From: Acinetobacter wanghuae
Lineage (GTDB): Bacteria > Pseudomonadota > Gammaproteobacteria > Pseudomonadales > Moraxellaceae
Reading direction: 5' to 3'
DNA: 32,000 bases
Assembly: GCF_009557235.1 (NCBI RefSeq)
Contig: NZ_CP045650.1
Location: 390,001 to 422,000, forward strand
Part shown: piece after piece, positions 18,362 to 26,478 of the stretch
How positions within the stretch are numbered: position 1 is the stretch's first letter
Layout of the letters: each line of letters begins with the position of its first letter
Translations under genes and position numbers: made by a program
The notes under the pieces: model-generated
Databases searched by the model: none
What the model saw: the letters and a program-made list of their open reading frames with translations, nothing else
What the model was told of the DNA's origin: nothing

Positions 18362-18424
18362 CTTAATACCCCTTTAGGACAGCGAATGATATAAACGCAT
18401 CCCAATAAATCATTGTATGTCACA

Positions 18425-20011
18425 TTAGTGAGTTGGCTTTTTATCTGCATGTTGAGCTTTTAACTGTTGTTCCAGTCGTGCTAAACGTGCATTGAGTAAT
18501 TGAATTCTGTGATCCTTTGGATTAAGTGCCAACTCTATTTCAGTCACGTTTCTCTGTAATTTAACGGTTTTTTCTCGAGCTGTCATAACTTTTAATGCTA
18601 ACTCTTTCGAAGATTGATTCTTTAATGTGTTTTGATTTGCAGAAAGTAATTTGGAATCTTGTTCATTCTCTGCAACAAGGCTCATTTCAGCCTGATTCAG
18701 ACGATATTTAGTCTTTGTGGTCGGTTTGATCTTTTGTGTATGAAGTGCCGTAGCAGGGACTTTAATCGCTTCTTTTGTTGGGACAGCAGCATTAAGATTT
18801 AAAGCTGCACCGTTACGTAAGCGATTGGCATCTCCTGCAATAAAAGCATGTTCATTGTTCTTTTTAATATTTTGCATCACTTCGTTAACCGGCTTATTTT
18901 GTGCCTGTGCAACACGTTCTGCAATTTTCCATAGGGATTCATTTGCTTGAACCACATAAGTTGCTTGAGCCTTTGACAAAGGTGGAATAGATGGGGGAGA
19001 CGCTAATTTTTTAGCAGTCTCTACCGCTGGCTTTTGTTGTTGTGCAGCACGTTCTTCTGCAAATTTTTTCACTAAAGGATCATGAGATTCTGTTGCGATA
19101 TTCTCTGATTTTTCTATCGGTTGAATCGCAGGTTTTGGTTTTGAAACAAGTGCATCTTGAGAAGATGCAACTGGTGTTGGAGCTGTCGTTTTTTCGGGCT
19201 TTGCTGCTAATTTTGTTTGTTGCTCAGCGGCTAATTTTTCTGGTTTTTTTGTTTGGACGATCGGCTGAGCACTTGAAGGAGCTGCTGTGCTTAAGGCTTT
19301 GATCGGTTCTACTGGCTGAACTGTTATTGGCACAGCAAGTGATGCTGAATTAGGCTTTGGTGTTGCTAAAGCTGGCGGTGTCACATTCGGCGCTGGTTGA
19401 GTAACTGCCTGAATATGAGGTGAAGCGATGCTCGCAACTGAGCTACTCGATAGTGTAGGGGGAGCAATACGTTGAATCGCCAATGGTTTTTCAGTGACTG
19501 TGTTGGCTGATTTTGCTACGTTATATTGCGTACTAACAGGCAACGATAATGCAATGTCTTTTTCACTGACCACCACAACAGGTGACAATGGGCGTTCATT
19601 TGGGCTTAACCTGGCTTTTAATAAGTCGATTTTAGACTTTAAAGGGGTGCGGACATGCTGTAAATGTGCCGCATTGCCTTCTTTAATTTTAATAATAATA
19701 TTGAGTTCACGGTCAGTGATAGGACGTGATGAGGTAATCGTAATCACGCCACTGCCGTTACTATTACGACGGGTATAAAAATTTAAATGACCGGGTGGCT
19801 GATGTGACGCCCCAATGGACGCAAGATCATCAAGCGATGCTAAGCTCACTTCTATTGGAGTATTTACATTCGATTTGCGAAAATGCATTTCGGCATAAAG
19901 TAGTTCACCCGGTGCGGATTGGACTTGCACAGGATCAACATTTACGGCAAATGTCGTTGGCGCAGCCATGATGGCTAAAATGGCAATCTTTAATTTGTTA
20001 TATGCAGTCAT
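18425..20011 (-). CDS. fimV: FimV-like protein, periplasmic part (signal peptide, FimV N-terminal domain, LysM)
   Basis: The signal peptide reads KLKIAILAIMAAPTTFA. The N-terminal domain reads QSAPGELLYAEMHF. A P/A/T-rich linker precedes the LysM domain (YVVQANESLWKIAERVA...), and the tail is a coiled coil. I chose ATG 20011, whereas the track uses TTG 20029. Confidence 0.85.
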   Translation of the reverse strand: MTAYNKLKIAILAIMAAPTTFAVNVDPVQVQSAPGELLYAEMHFRKSNVNTPIEVSLASLDDLASIGASHQPPGHLNFYTRRNSNGSGVITITSSRPITDRELNIIIKIKEGNAAHLQHVRTPLKSKIDLLKARLSPNERPLSPVVVVSEKDIALSLPVSTQYNVAKSANTVTEKPLAIQRIAPPTLSSSSVASIASPHIQAVTQPAPNVTPPALATPKPNSASLAVPITVQPVEPIKALSTAAPSSAQPIVQTKKPEKLAAEQQTKLAAKPEKTTAPTPVASSQDALVSKPKPAIQPIEKSENIATESHDPLVKKFAEERAAQQQKPAVETAKKLASPPSIPPLSKAQATYVVQANESLWKIAERVAQAQNKPVNEVMQNIKKNNEHAFIAGDANRLRNGAALNLNAAVPTKEAIKVPATALHTQKIKPTTKTKYRLNQAEMSLVAENEQDSKLLSANQNTLKNQSSKELALKVMTAREKTVKLQRNVTEIELALNPKDHRIQLLNARLARLEQQLKAQHADKKPTH

Positions 20012-20103
20012 CTTAATGTCAAAGCTCAATCACGATCGCAAAGCGAAAATTCTAGATTATCGGGATGTCTATGTTTTGTAAAATATTTCGTCCATCTTGG
20101 CAT

Positions 20104-20137
20104 AAAAAAGCCGATCAATAAAGATCGGCTTTTTTTA
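20104..20137. terminator. Bidirectional terminator between asd and fimV
   Basis: An A-run precedes the stem AAGCCGATC (20108-20116) / GATCGGCTT (20123-20131) with a 6-nt loop, followed by a T-run to 20137. Confidence 0.8.
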
Positions 20138-20157
20138 CTTTGTATCAACGCTTGATA

Positions 20158-21276
20158 TTAAGCATTTTTATACTCAATTAAGATACGCAGCATACGGCGC
20201 AATGGCTCAGCAGCACCCCAAAGCAATTGGTCACCAACAGTGAACGCGCCAAGGTATTCTTTACCCATGTTGAGCTTACGTAGACGACCGACTGGTACAG
20301 ATAAAGTACCTGTAACTGCAACAGGAGTAAGATCGGTCATTGATGCTTCACGTGTGTTCGGCACGACTTTAGACCAATCATTTGCACTTGCAATGATGTC
20401 TTCAATTTCATTCAAAGGCACATCTTTACGAAGCTTTAATGTCAAAGCTTGTGAATGGCAACGCATTGCACCGATACGGACACAGTGACCATCGATAGGC
20501 ACGATCTGTTGATTACCCAAGATTTTATTGGTTTCAACCTGACCTTTCCATTCTTCTTTCGACTGACCGCTTTCAAGCTGTTTATCGATGTACGGAATGA
20601 GTGAACCTGCTAAAGGCACGCCGAAGTTTGCAGATGGGAAACCTTCACTACGTTGTAGTGCCGCAATTTTAGAATCGATATCTAAGATTGGAGATTTCGG
20701 ATCATCAAGTAAATCTTTAGTATTGTTATATAAATAACCCATACCATTGATGAGTTCACGCATATTTTGCGCGCCAGCACCAGATGCTGCTTGATAAGTC
20801 ATTGAAGTTGCCCATTCCACCAAATTGTTTTGGAATAGACCGCCTAAGCCCATGAGCATAAGAGAAACAGTACAGTTACCGCCCACGAAAGTTTTCGTGC
20901 CTTTCACTAAACCGTCTTTAATGACATGCATGTTGACTGGGTCAAGAACGATGATCGCCTCGTCATCCATACGTAAAGTCGATGCTGCATCAATCCAGTA
21001 ACCTTTCCACGCTTCAGCTTTCAGTTTAGGGAAAACTTCCGTGGTATAGTCACCACCTTGACAGGTAATAATGACATCCATTTGCTTCAGACTGTTAATG
21101 TCTGATGCATCCATAAGTGCTGGAGCAGTCTTACCACCAAATGCAGGCGCTTGACCACCTGCATTACTGGTAGAGAAATAGAATGGCTCAAAATGAGCGA
21201 AATCATTCTCTTCAACCATACGTTGCATAAGGACGGAACCAACCATCCCGCGCCAACCGACCAGACCTACTTTCAT
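20158..21276 (-). CDS. asd: Aspartate-semialdehyde dehydrogenase
   Basis: It starts [20 protein letters not shown] and has the active-site region [11 protein letters not shown]. It is 372 aa. Confidence 0.96.
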   Translation of the reverse strand: MKVGLVGWRGMVGSVLMQRMVEENDFAHFEPFYFSTSNAGGQAPAFGGKTAPALMDASDINSLKQMDVIITCQGGDYTTEVFPKLKAEAWKGYWIDAASTLRMDDEAIIVLDPVNMHVIKDGLVKGTKTFVGGNCTVSLMLMGLGGLFQNNLVEWATSMTYQAASGAGAQNMRELINGMGYLYNNTKDLLDDPKSPILDIDSKIAALQRSEGFPSANFGVPLAGSLIPYIDKQLESGQSKEEWKGQVETNKILGNQQIVPIDGHCVRIGAMRCHSQALTLKLRKDVPLNEIEDIIASANDWSKVVPNTREASMTDLTPVAVTGTLSVPVGRLRKLNMGKEYLGAFTVGDQLLWGAAEPLRRMLRILIEYKNA

Positions 21277-21460
21277 GTCATTTTGCCTCGGTGCGTTAAA
21301 AATAAAAGGGGGTTTGAGTGTATCAAAAGGTGCGCTAACTGCAAGCGCTACACAACCGAAACACGATTAATATTGTGCAATATATCTTGTTTATGTTACA
21401 TGGAAAATTGATATTAATTTATGAATTAAACAAAAAATTAGAATATAACAGCGAGGTTTT

Positions 21461-22588
21461 ATGATTTGGATTGAGATTATTGCAATCTTGGTAATTTGGC
21501 TCAGCTTCTGGTCCTTGATTCCTCGAGATGAATGGTGGTTCCGTGGCGCTGACTTTCCAAGGCTACAAATCTTGGTAATTGGCTTTGTGACATTGCTGTT
21601 TTTCATCTTTTGGGACGCGCCATGGAATCGCTTTACACAAGTGATTTTTGTTGGATTATTAGCCGCGATGGCGTATCAACTGAAAATGGTTTTGCCCTAT
21701 ACCTTTATTTGGAAAAAGCAGGTCAAAAAAGTACGTCTAGAACAGTTAGACCCTGATAAACAAATTTCTTTGATTGTCTCTAATGTGCTCACCCCAAATC
21801 AAAAATATCATTTGCTGATTGAACAGATTGAGAAGCATCAACCCGATTTGGTGCTGACTTTAGAAACTGATCAAACTTGGCAAAATGAACTTGTCGTCAT
21901 TGAAAAAGATTATCCATATCGTGTGCCTGTCCCTTTAGATAATTTGTATGGCATGCATCTGTATAGCAAGTTAGAACTCACAGATACTGAGGTGAAATTC
22001 ATTTTAAGCGATGAAATTCCATCTATTCACACGACAGTCACGCTGCGGTCAGGGCATGCTGTGCAGCTGTATTGTTTACATCCGAAACCACCGAGTCCAA
22101 CTGAAGCCAAAGATTCCACTTTACGTGATGCCGAGCTTTTAATTGTCGGTGATCAAATTAAAGATTTGGATGAAAGTTGTATTGTGATGGGTGATTTGAA
22201 TGATGTCGCTTGGTCGCGAACCACACGACTATTCCAACGCATTAGTGGTTTACTTGACCCTCGGGTGGGCAGACATTATGTCAACACCTTCCATGCGGAT
22301 TATCCTTTACTGCGTTGGTCACTCGATCACGTCTTCCATAGTACCGATTTTGCTTTAGTGAAAATGCAACGCTTACCGCATGTTGGTTCAGATCATTTCC
22401 CTGTCTATGTCGTGTTGCAAACTGGCGCAGAGTTTGAACAAGTGCAGCAAGAGCTTGAGCAAACCGATGCAGATGAAAAAGAGGCACAAGAAGCGATTCA
22501 AGACGGCATTGAAAAGGCTGAGAAGGAAGAGAAAATCGTGACGGATGAAATTGCTCAAGATTATAAGGATGGTACGAAAACACCATAA
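21461..22588 (+). CDS. Membrane-anchored endonuclease/exonuclease/phosphatase (EEP) family protein
   Basis: It has three N-terminal hydrophobic helices. The EEP motifs are LVLTLETD, GDLNDVAWS and SDHFPV. The C-terminal tail is acidic. SD GAGG lies 5 nt upstream. Confidence 0.8.
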   Translation: MIWIEIIAILVIWLSFWSLIPRDEWWFRGADFPRLQILVIGFVTLLFFIFWDAPWNRFTQVIFVGLLAAMAYQLKMVLPYTFIWKKQVKKVRLEQLDPDKQISLIVSNVLTPNQKYHLLIEQIEKHQPDLVLTLETDQTWQNELVVIEKDYPYRVPVPLDNLYGMHLYSKLELTDTEVKFILSDEIPSIHTTVTLRSGHAVQLYCLHPKPPSPTEAKDSTLRDAELLIVGDQIKDLDESCIVMGDLNDVAWSRTTRLFQRISGLLDPRVGRHYVNTFHADYPLLRWSLDHVFHSTDFALVKMQRLPHVGSDHFPVYVVLQTGAEFEQVQQELEQTDADEKEAQEAIQDGIEKAEKEEKIVTDEIAQDYKDGTKTP

Positions 22589-22812
22589 TATTAACAAGAA
22601 AAGTGTACGAAAATGCTTACACAAGTTTCGTCCGATGTCGAATAGCCAGCGTGTCGGAATAAACGTATTCTTGTTTTATCAGCACAGGGAGTCGCGAAGG
22701 GAATTTCGCATAAGGAAGACGACGCTGAATTGAGACATCATGGATATGATGCTGAAATGGACATCAAAAAAGCAAAAGAATGAATAAAAAGATTTGAAAG
22801 CACAACCTCACT

Positions 22813-22845
22813 AACCCGAGTTTTGCAGGATGCAGAACTCGGGTT
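22813..22845. terminator. Strong orphan hairpin in the EEP / lpxL convergent gap
   Basis: AACCCGAGTT (22813-22822) pairs with AACTCGGGTT (22836-22845) as a perfect 10-bp stem. On the + strand it is followed by AAATTATTTT. It lies 225 nt past the EEP stop and 93 nt past the lpxL stop. Confidence 0.45.
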
Positions 22846-22937
22846 AAATTATTTTAGATGCCTATTTTTACTCGTTAAGCTTAAATTTTATGGTGAATTC
22901 ATTTGAGATGAATCCGCGATTCACACTATCTATTCTG

Positions 22938-23885
22938 TTATTTATAAATATTCTCATAACCATCAGGGCGCGTTTTAAAACGGCGATGGAACCACATATA
23001 TTGAGTCGGTGCGATACGTAACTGGCGTTCAATAATTTGATTGACTCGCGTTGCATCATCGATTTCATCTTCACTCGGTAAATGCTCAACGGGCGCTTCA
23101 ATTAAAACGTGATATTGCGGATTTTTGATATCGCCATGGCGGTAAAAATAAAGTGGAATGGCAGCAGCTTTGGTCATTTTGAGCAAACGACGATGTGCGG
23201 TCACTGTTGCCGCAGGCACACCAAAGAACGGTGCCATGACTCCTTGTTTTAGACCAAAATCTTGATCTGGGCTATACCAAATGGCATGACCTTGTTTAAG
23301 CTTGCGGACCAAGCCACGCATATCGTCATGGTCAATTTGATTGGCATAAATCGTCGCTCGGCAACGATAAATCAGCATATCTAGCAACGGATTGTTTTGC
23401 GGACGATAGACCACGTCAGGTTCAAAGTACTGTGCGCATAGATATCCGCCCGCATCAAGTAGGGTCGAGTGTGTACCTAGAAATAAAATGCCTTGGTTCT
23501 GTGCTTGTGCATGCTCGACATATTCTAAGCCTTCAATCGTGACACGACCTTGAAACCATTTTGGGCTATACCATGCGTTTAGAGTTTCAAATACCCCAAT
23601 CATCTGATCGACAAAGACCTGACGTGCATTCGCTTCAACTTCAGCCGCAGACCATTCTGGAAAACAGACCTCAAGATTACGTAAGGTTGTTTCACGGCGA
23701 GATCTAAGGGCTTTGAAACATACATTTCCTAAAGCTTGTCCTAAGCGAAATTGCAGTGCCCACGGTAGAATCGCCAACATCATTAAGCAAATAATGCCGA
23801 TCCAAATTCCCCAGTATTGAGGAAGCAGGAAAGACCATTGAAATTCACCGGGCTTAAATTCGGGTTGATGACTCATAGCGCACAT
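22938..23885 (-). CDS. lpxL: Lipid A biosynthesis lauroyl/myristoyl acyltransferase (LpxL/LpxM family)
   Basis: It aligns along its whole length with E. coli LpxL, through NLEVCFPE, the H-x4-D-type motif GTHSTLLD, WYSPDQD and APTQYMWFHRRFKTRP. An alternative start is ATG 23876. I cannot distinguish LpxL from LpxM. Confidence 0.88.
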   Translation of the reverse strand: MCAMSHQPEFKPGEFQWSFLLPQYWGIWIGIICLMMLAILPWALQFRLGQALGNVCFKALRSRRETTLRNLEVCFPEWSAAEVEANARQVFVDQMIGVFETLNAWYSPKWFQGRVTIEGLEYVEHAQAQNQGILFLGTHSTLLDAGGYLCAQYFEPDVVYRPQNNPLLDMLIYRCRATIYANQIDHDDMRGLVRKLKQGHAIWYSPDQDFGLKQGVMAPFFGVPAATVTAHRRLLKMTKAAAIPLYFYRHGDIKNPQYHVLIEAPVEHLPSEDEIDDATRVNQIIERQLRIAPTQYMWFHRRFKTRPDGYENIYK

Positions 23886-23931
23886 TGGGGAGAAAAGATT
23901 CTATGCAGTTTAGCAGAGAAAATTTCGAAAT

Positions 23932-23961
23932 AAAAAAAGCACCTGTACGAATACAGATGCT
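23932..23961 (-). terminator. Intrinsic terminator after uup
   Basis: A 10-bp stem with one mismatch (23938-23947 / 23952-23961) has loop TTCG on the minus strand and is followed by U7 (plus-strand A-run 23932-23938). Confidence 0.75.
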
Positions 23962-23984
23962 TACAGGATAGAGGACTTAAGAAC

Positions 23985-25889
23985 TTAGTCTTTGGTTAAG
24001 TTTTCAAGTTCTTCCCAGCGTTCTAACTTTTCAAGTAAAAGCTCGTCAATTTCACCTAGGCGTTCTGAAAGTTTCATCGCTTTGTCAGCGTCTTTAACGA
24101 ACAGTGAGCCATCTGCCAAAATGTCATTAATCTCGGCTTGCTCTTTCTCTAAAGCTTCCATCTCTAAAGGCAATTGTTCTAAAGCACGTTGATCTTTATA
24201 GCTGAGTTTTACTTTTTTCGGTGCAGCTGCAGCAGCGCTTGCTTCTGCTTTTGCCAAGGCTTTTTTTACATCGCTTTTTTGATCGACCGCGGTTTGATCA
24301 GGGCGTTGCTCAAGATAGTCTTGATAACCACCGATGTATTCATCGATATGACCTTTACCATCAAAGACCCAAGTCGATGTCACCACGTTGTCCATAAATG
24401 CACGGTCATGCGAGATTAGGAGCAAAGTACCTTTATAGCCACCCAACATTTCCTCTAATAGTTCAAGCGTCACCATATCCAAGTCATTGGTTGGCTCATC
24501 CATTACGATTAAATTTGATGGTTTAAGTAAAAGTTTCGCAAGTAAAATACGATTACGTTCACCACCAGATAATGCTTTGACTGGTGTACGCGCACGTTCA
24601 GGGGAGAACAAGAAATCTTGTAAATAGCTATAGATATGACGACGACCACCGTTCACATCGACGAAGTCCGAACCTTCAGATACGTTATCTTTGACAGATT
24701 TATCAAGATCAAGTGCATTACGCAACTGGTCAAAGTACGCGACTTCAAGCTTAGTCCCGGTTTTTACCGTACCGCCATGCTCAAGTTCACCCAAAATGGC
24801 TTTAATGAGCGTGGTTTTACCGACACCGTTGTCACCGACTAAACCAATACGATCGCCACGTAACACAAGTGCCGAGAAGTCTTTGATAATCGGTGCATTA
24901 TCACCAAAAGTAACGCTTAGATTTTCAATATCAAAGACCAATTTGCCTGAGCGATTGGCATCTTGAGTCGCCATCGTTACTTTGCCTTGTTGGGCACGAC
25001 GGGCTTTCGATTCTTCACGTAATGCTTTTAAGTCGCGGACACGACCTTCATTACGGGTACGACGTGCTTTAATGCCTTGGCGAATCCAAACTTCTTCTTC
25101 AGCAAGTTTTTTATCAAACAATGCATTTTGCTTTTCTTCAGCTTCCATTTGCATGGTTTTAAGTTCGAGGTAACGTGAATAGTTACCTTCAAAACTACGC
25201 AATTGACCACGATCAAGTTCGACAATACGCGTAGCAATGCTGTCCACAAATGAACGGTCATGCGAAATAAACAGTAACGTCAGATTGTTTTGATCGAGTA
25301 AGAATTTTTCTAACCATTCAATACTTTCAACGTCCAAATGGTTCGTCGGTTCATCAAGTAGTAACACATCAGGTTGCATCAACAATGCACGTGCAAGGAG
25401 TACACGACGCTTACGACCACCTGATAAATCGGCAAGATCAGCTTCAGGGTCAAGACCCATTTTGCCTAAAATGGAGTTCACACGTGTTTCAAGCGACCAG
25501 CCATCAAGTTGATCCATCTGATGTTGTAAGTTACCCATACGTTCACAGGCATCCATATCACCGAGTACGCATGCATCACTTGCGAGGTGGTAATCGCGAA
25601 GGACTTGAGCTGCTTCACCAACACCATCTGCGACAATATCAGCCACTTTGCCTGAGTCCATGGGTACATCTTGGGCAAGCATCGAAATGGTGATGCCATT
25701 TTGCAGTGAAATCTCACCGCTATCGGCCACTAAACTTCCTTCGATAAGCTTAAGTAAGGTAGACTTACCCTCACCATTACGGCCGATCAAACACACTCGC
25801 TCGCCACGTTCTAAGTTGAAATTCGCGCCGTCGAGCAGGGCGGGTCCACCAAACGCAAGTTGGACATCCCTAAGGGTAATATAGGCCAT
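23985..25889 (-). CDS. uup: ABC-F family ATPase Uup
   Basis: There are two ABC cassettes, with Walker A motifs GRNGEGKST and GDNGVGKTT and signature motifs LSGGRKRR and LSGGERNR. The linker EEVWIRQGIKARRTRNEGRV and the C-terminal coiled coil LSYKDQRALEQLP are collinear with E. coli Uup. I chose ATG 25889 (MAYITL) because AGGAAA lies upstream. Confidence 0.93.
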   Translation of the reverse strand: MAYITLRDVQLAFGGPALLDGANFNLERGERVCLIGRNGEGKSTLLKLIEGSLVADSGEISLQNGITISMLAQDVPMDSGKVADIVADGVGEAAQVLRDYHLASDACVLGDMDACERMGNLQHQMDQLDGWSLETRVNSILGKMGLDPEADLADLSGGRKRRVLLARALLMQPDVLLLDEPTNHLDVESIEWLEKFLLDQNNLTLLFISHDRSFVDSIATRIVELDRGQLRSFEGNYSRYLELKTMQMEAEEKQNALFDKKLAEEEVWIRQGIKARRTRNEGRVRDLKALREESKARRAQQGKVTMATQDANRSGKLVFDIENLSVTFGDNAPIIKDFSALVLRGDRIGLVGDNGVGKTTLIKAILGELEHGGTVKTGTKLEVAYFDQLRNALDLDKSVKDNVSEGSDFVDVNGGRRHIYSYLQDFLFSPERARTPVKALSGGERNRILLAKLLLKPSNLIVMDEPTNDLDMVTLELLEEMLGGYKGTLLLISHDRAFMDNVVTSTWVFDGKGHIDEYIGGYQDYLEQRPDQTAVDQKSDVKKALAKAEASAAAAAPKKVKLSYKDQRALEQLPLEMEALEKEQAEINDILADGSLFVKDADKAMKLSERLGEIDELLLEKLERWEELENLTKD

Positions 25890-25922
25890 AATGTTTCCTG
25901 AAATCCCAAATGAGGACTTTAA

Positions 25923-26168
25923 ATGACTAAACAACAAAATTTAAATGATCAGGCGTCATTTTCCGCACCCATTGAAGATTTGCAAGTCCGAATTGCATTT
26001 TTAGATGATTTAGTTGAACAGCTGAATGATCAGGTGGTGAAGCAAAACTTGGAAATTGCCGACCTACAAAAGCAAATGAAGCTTTTATATCAACGTGTTG
26101 AGTCATCAGATTTGTCAGAAGGGATTGCTGAATTTGACCCAATGACCAATCGTCCACCGCATTATTAA
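25923..26168 (+). CDS. slyX: SlyX-family coiled-coil protein
   Basis: 81 aa. It has the pattern LQVRIAFLDDLVEQLND and the conserved C-terminal PPHY. Confidence 0.85.
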   Translation: MTKQQNLNDQASFSAPIEDLQVRIAFLDDLVEQLNDQVVKQNLEIADLQKQMKLLYQRVESSDLSEGIAEFDPMTNRPPHY

Positions 26169-26250
26169 TTTAAAAATAATTTACATAAAAAAGGAAAGCT
26201 GCTCCCTTTTTAAGATTTATATCGGTCAGCTTTTCTTTATATCGTGCTAA

Positions 26251-26282
26251 AAGCAGCTTGTTATTTCCAAATTAAGCTGCTT
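26251..26282. promoter_or_regulatory. Perfect 9-bp inverted repeat AAGCAGCTT - 14 nt - AAGCTGCTT (candidate operator or RNA stem)
   Basis: The arms are at 26251-26259 and 26274-26282. A third copy of the half-site, AAGCTGCT, lies at 26196-26203. All are in the 310-bp gap upstream of the NYN-like gene. Confidence 0.3.
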
Positions 26283-26478
26283 GAAACAACCGCTTTATGC
26301 ATTTTTTGTCTTGTAAATCGCGAAAAACAACCAAACGCATTTGAGTCAATACAGTGTCTATTTCAGACCAAATTGCAAAATAACATGCGTTAATACTTTT
26401 AGATCACCCGAAAATTGTTTAACCTTTCCTCGGATTTTTCTCGCTCTTCATTTCTCACAGGGTTTTTCAAAACTTCCT

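Noticed and set aside
18361-18427. The two FimV halves are in the same reading frame, suggesting a simple nonsense mutation or stop-codon read-through
   Set aside because: The 63-nt gap carries three in-frame stops (TAA, TGA, TAA), and the second gene has its own SD. The shared frame is probably coincidental.
19042-19778. 86-aa and 94-aa + strand ORFs antisense to the FimV N-terminal gene
   Set aside because: They are antisense, have no signals, and are low-complexity.
22281-22733. Small ORFs overlapping the EEP gene 3' end and the following gap (101, 78 and 62 aa)
   Set aside because: They are antisense or out of frame relative to the EEP CDS, have no SD, and have an implausible composition.
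23992-25884. Multiple 63-102-aa ORFs on both strands inside uup
   Set aside because: All are nested in the collinear Uup homologue and are typical shadow ORFs.
25889-25937. Longer uup start (25937) overlapping the slyX start, and the 33-bp divergent spacer
   Set aside because: The extra 16 residues (MLFSHLKSSFGISGNI) have no counterpart in Uup, and ATG 25889 has an SD. The short divergent spacer is unusual but is not in itself evidence of anything.
26341-26478. TTG-initiated 46-residue N-terminal extension of the NYN-like gene
   Set aside because: The extension (MSQYSVYFRPNCKITCVNTF...) does not look protein-like. The globular domain begins at MHQKVVLLD. The start nevertheless remains uncertain because neither start has an SD.
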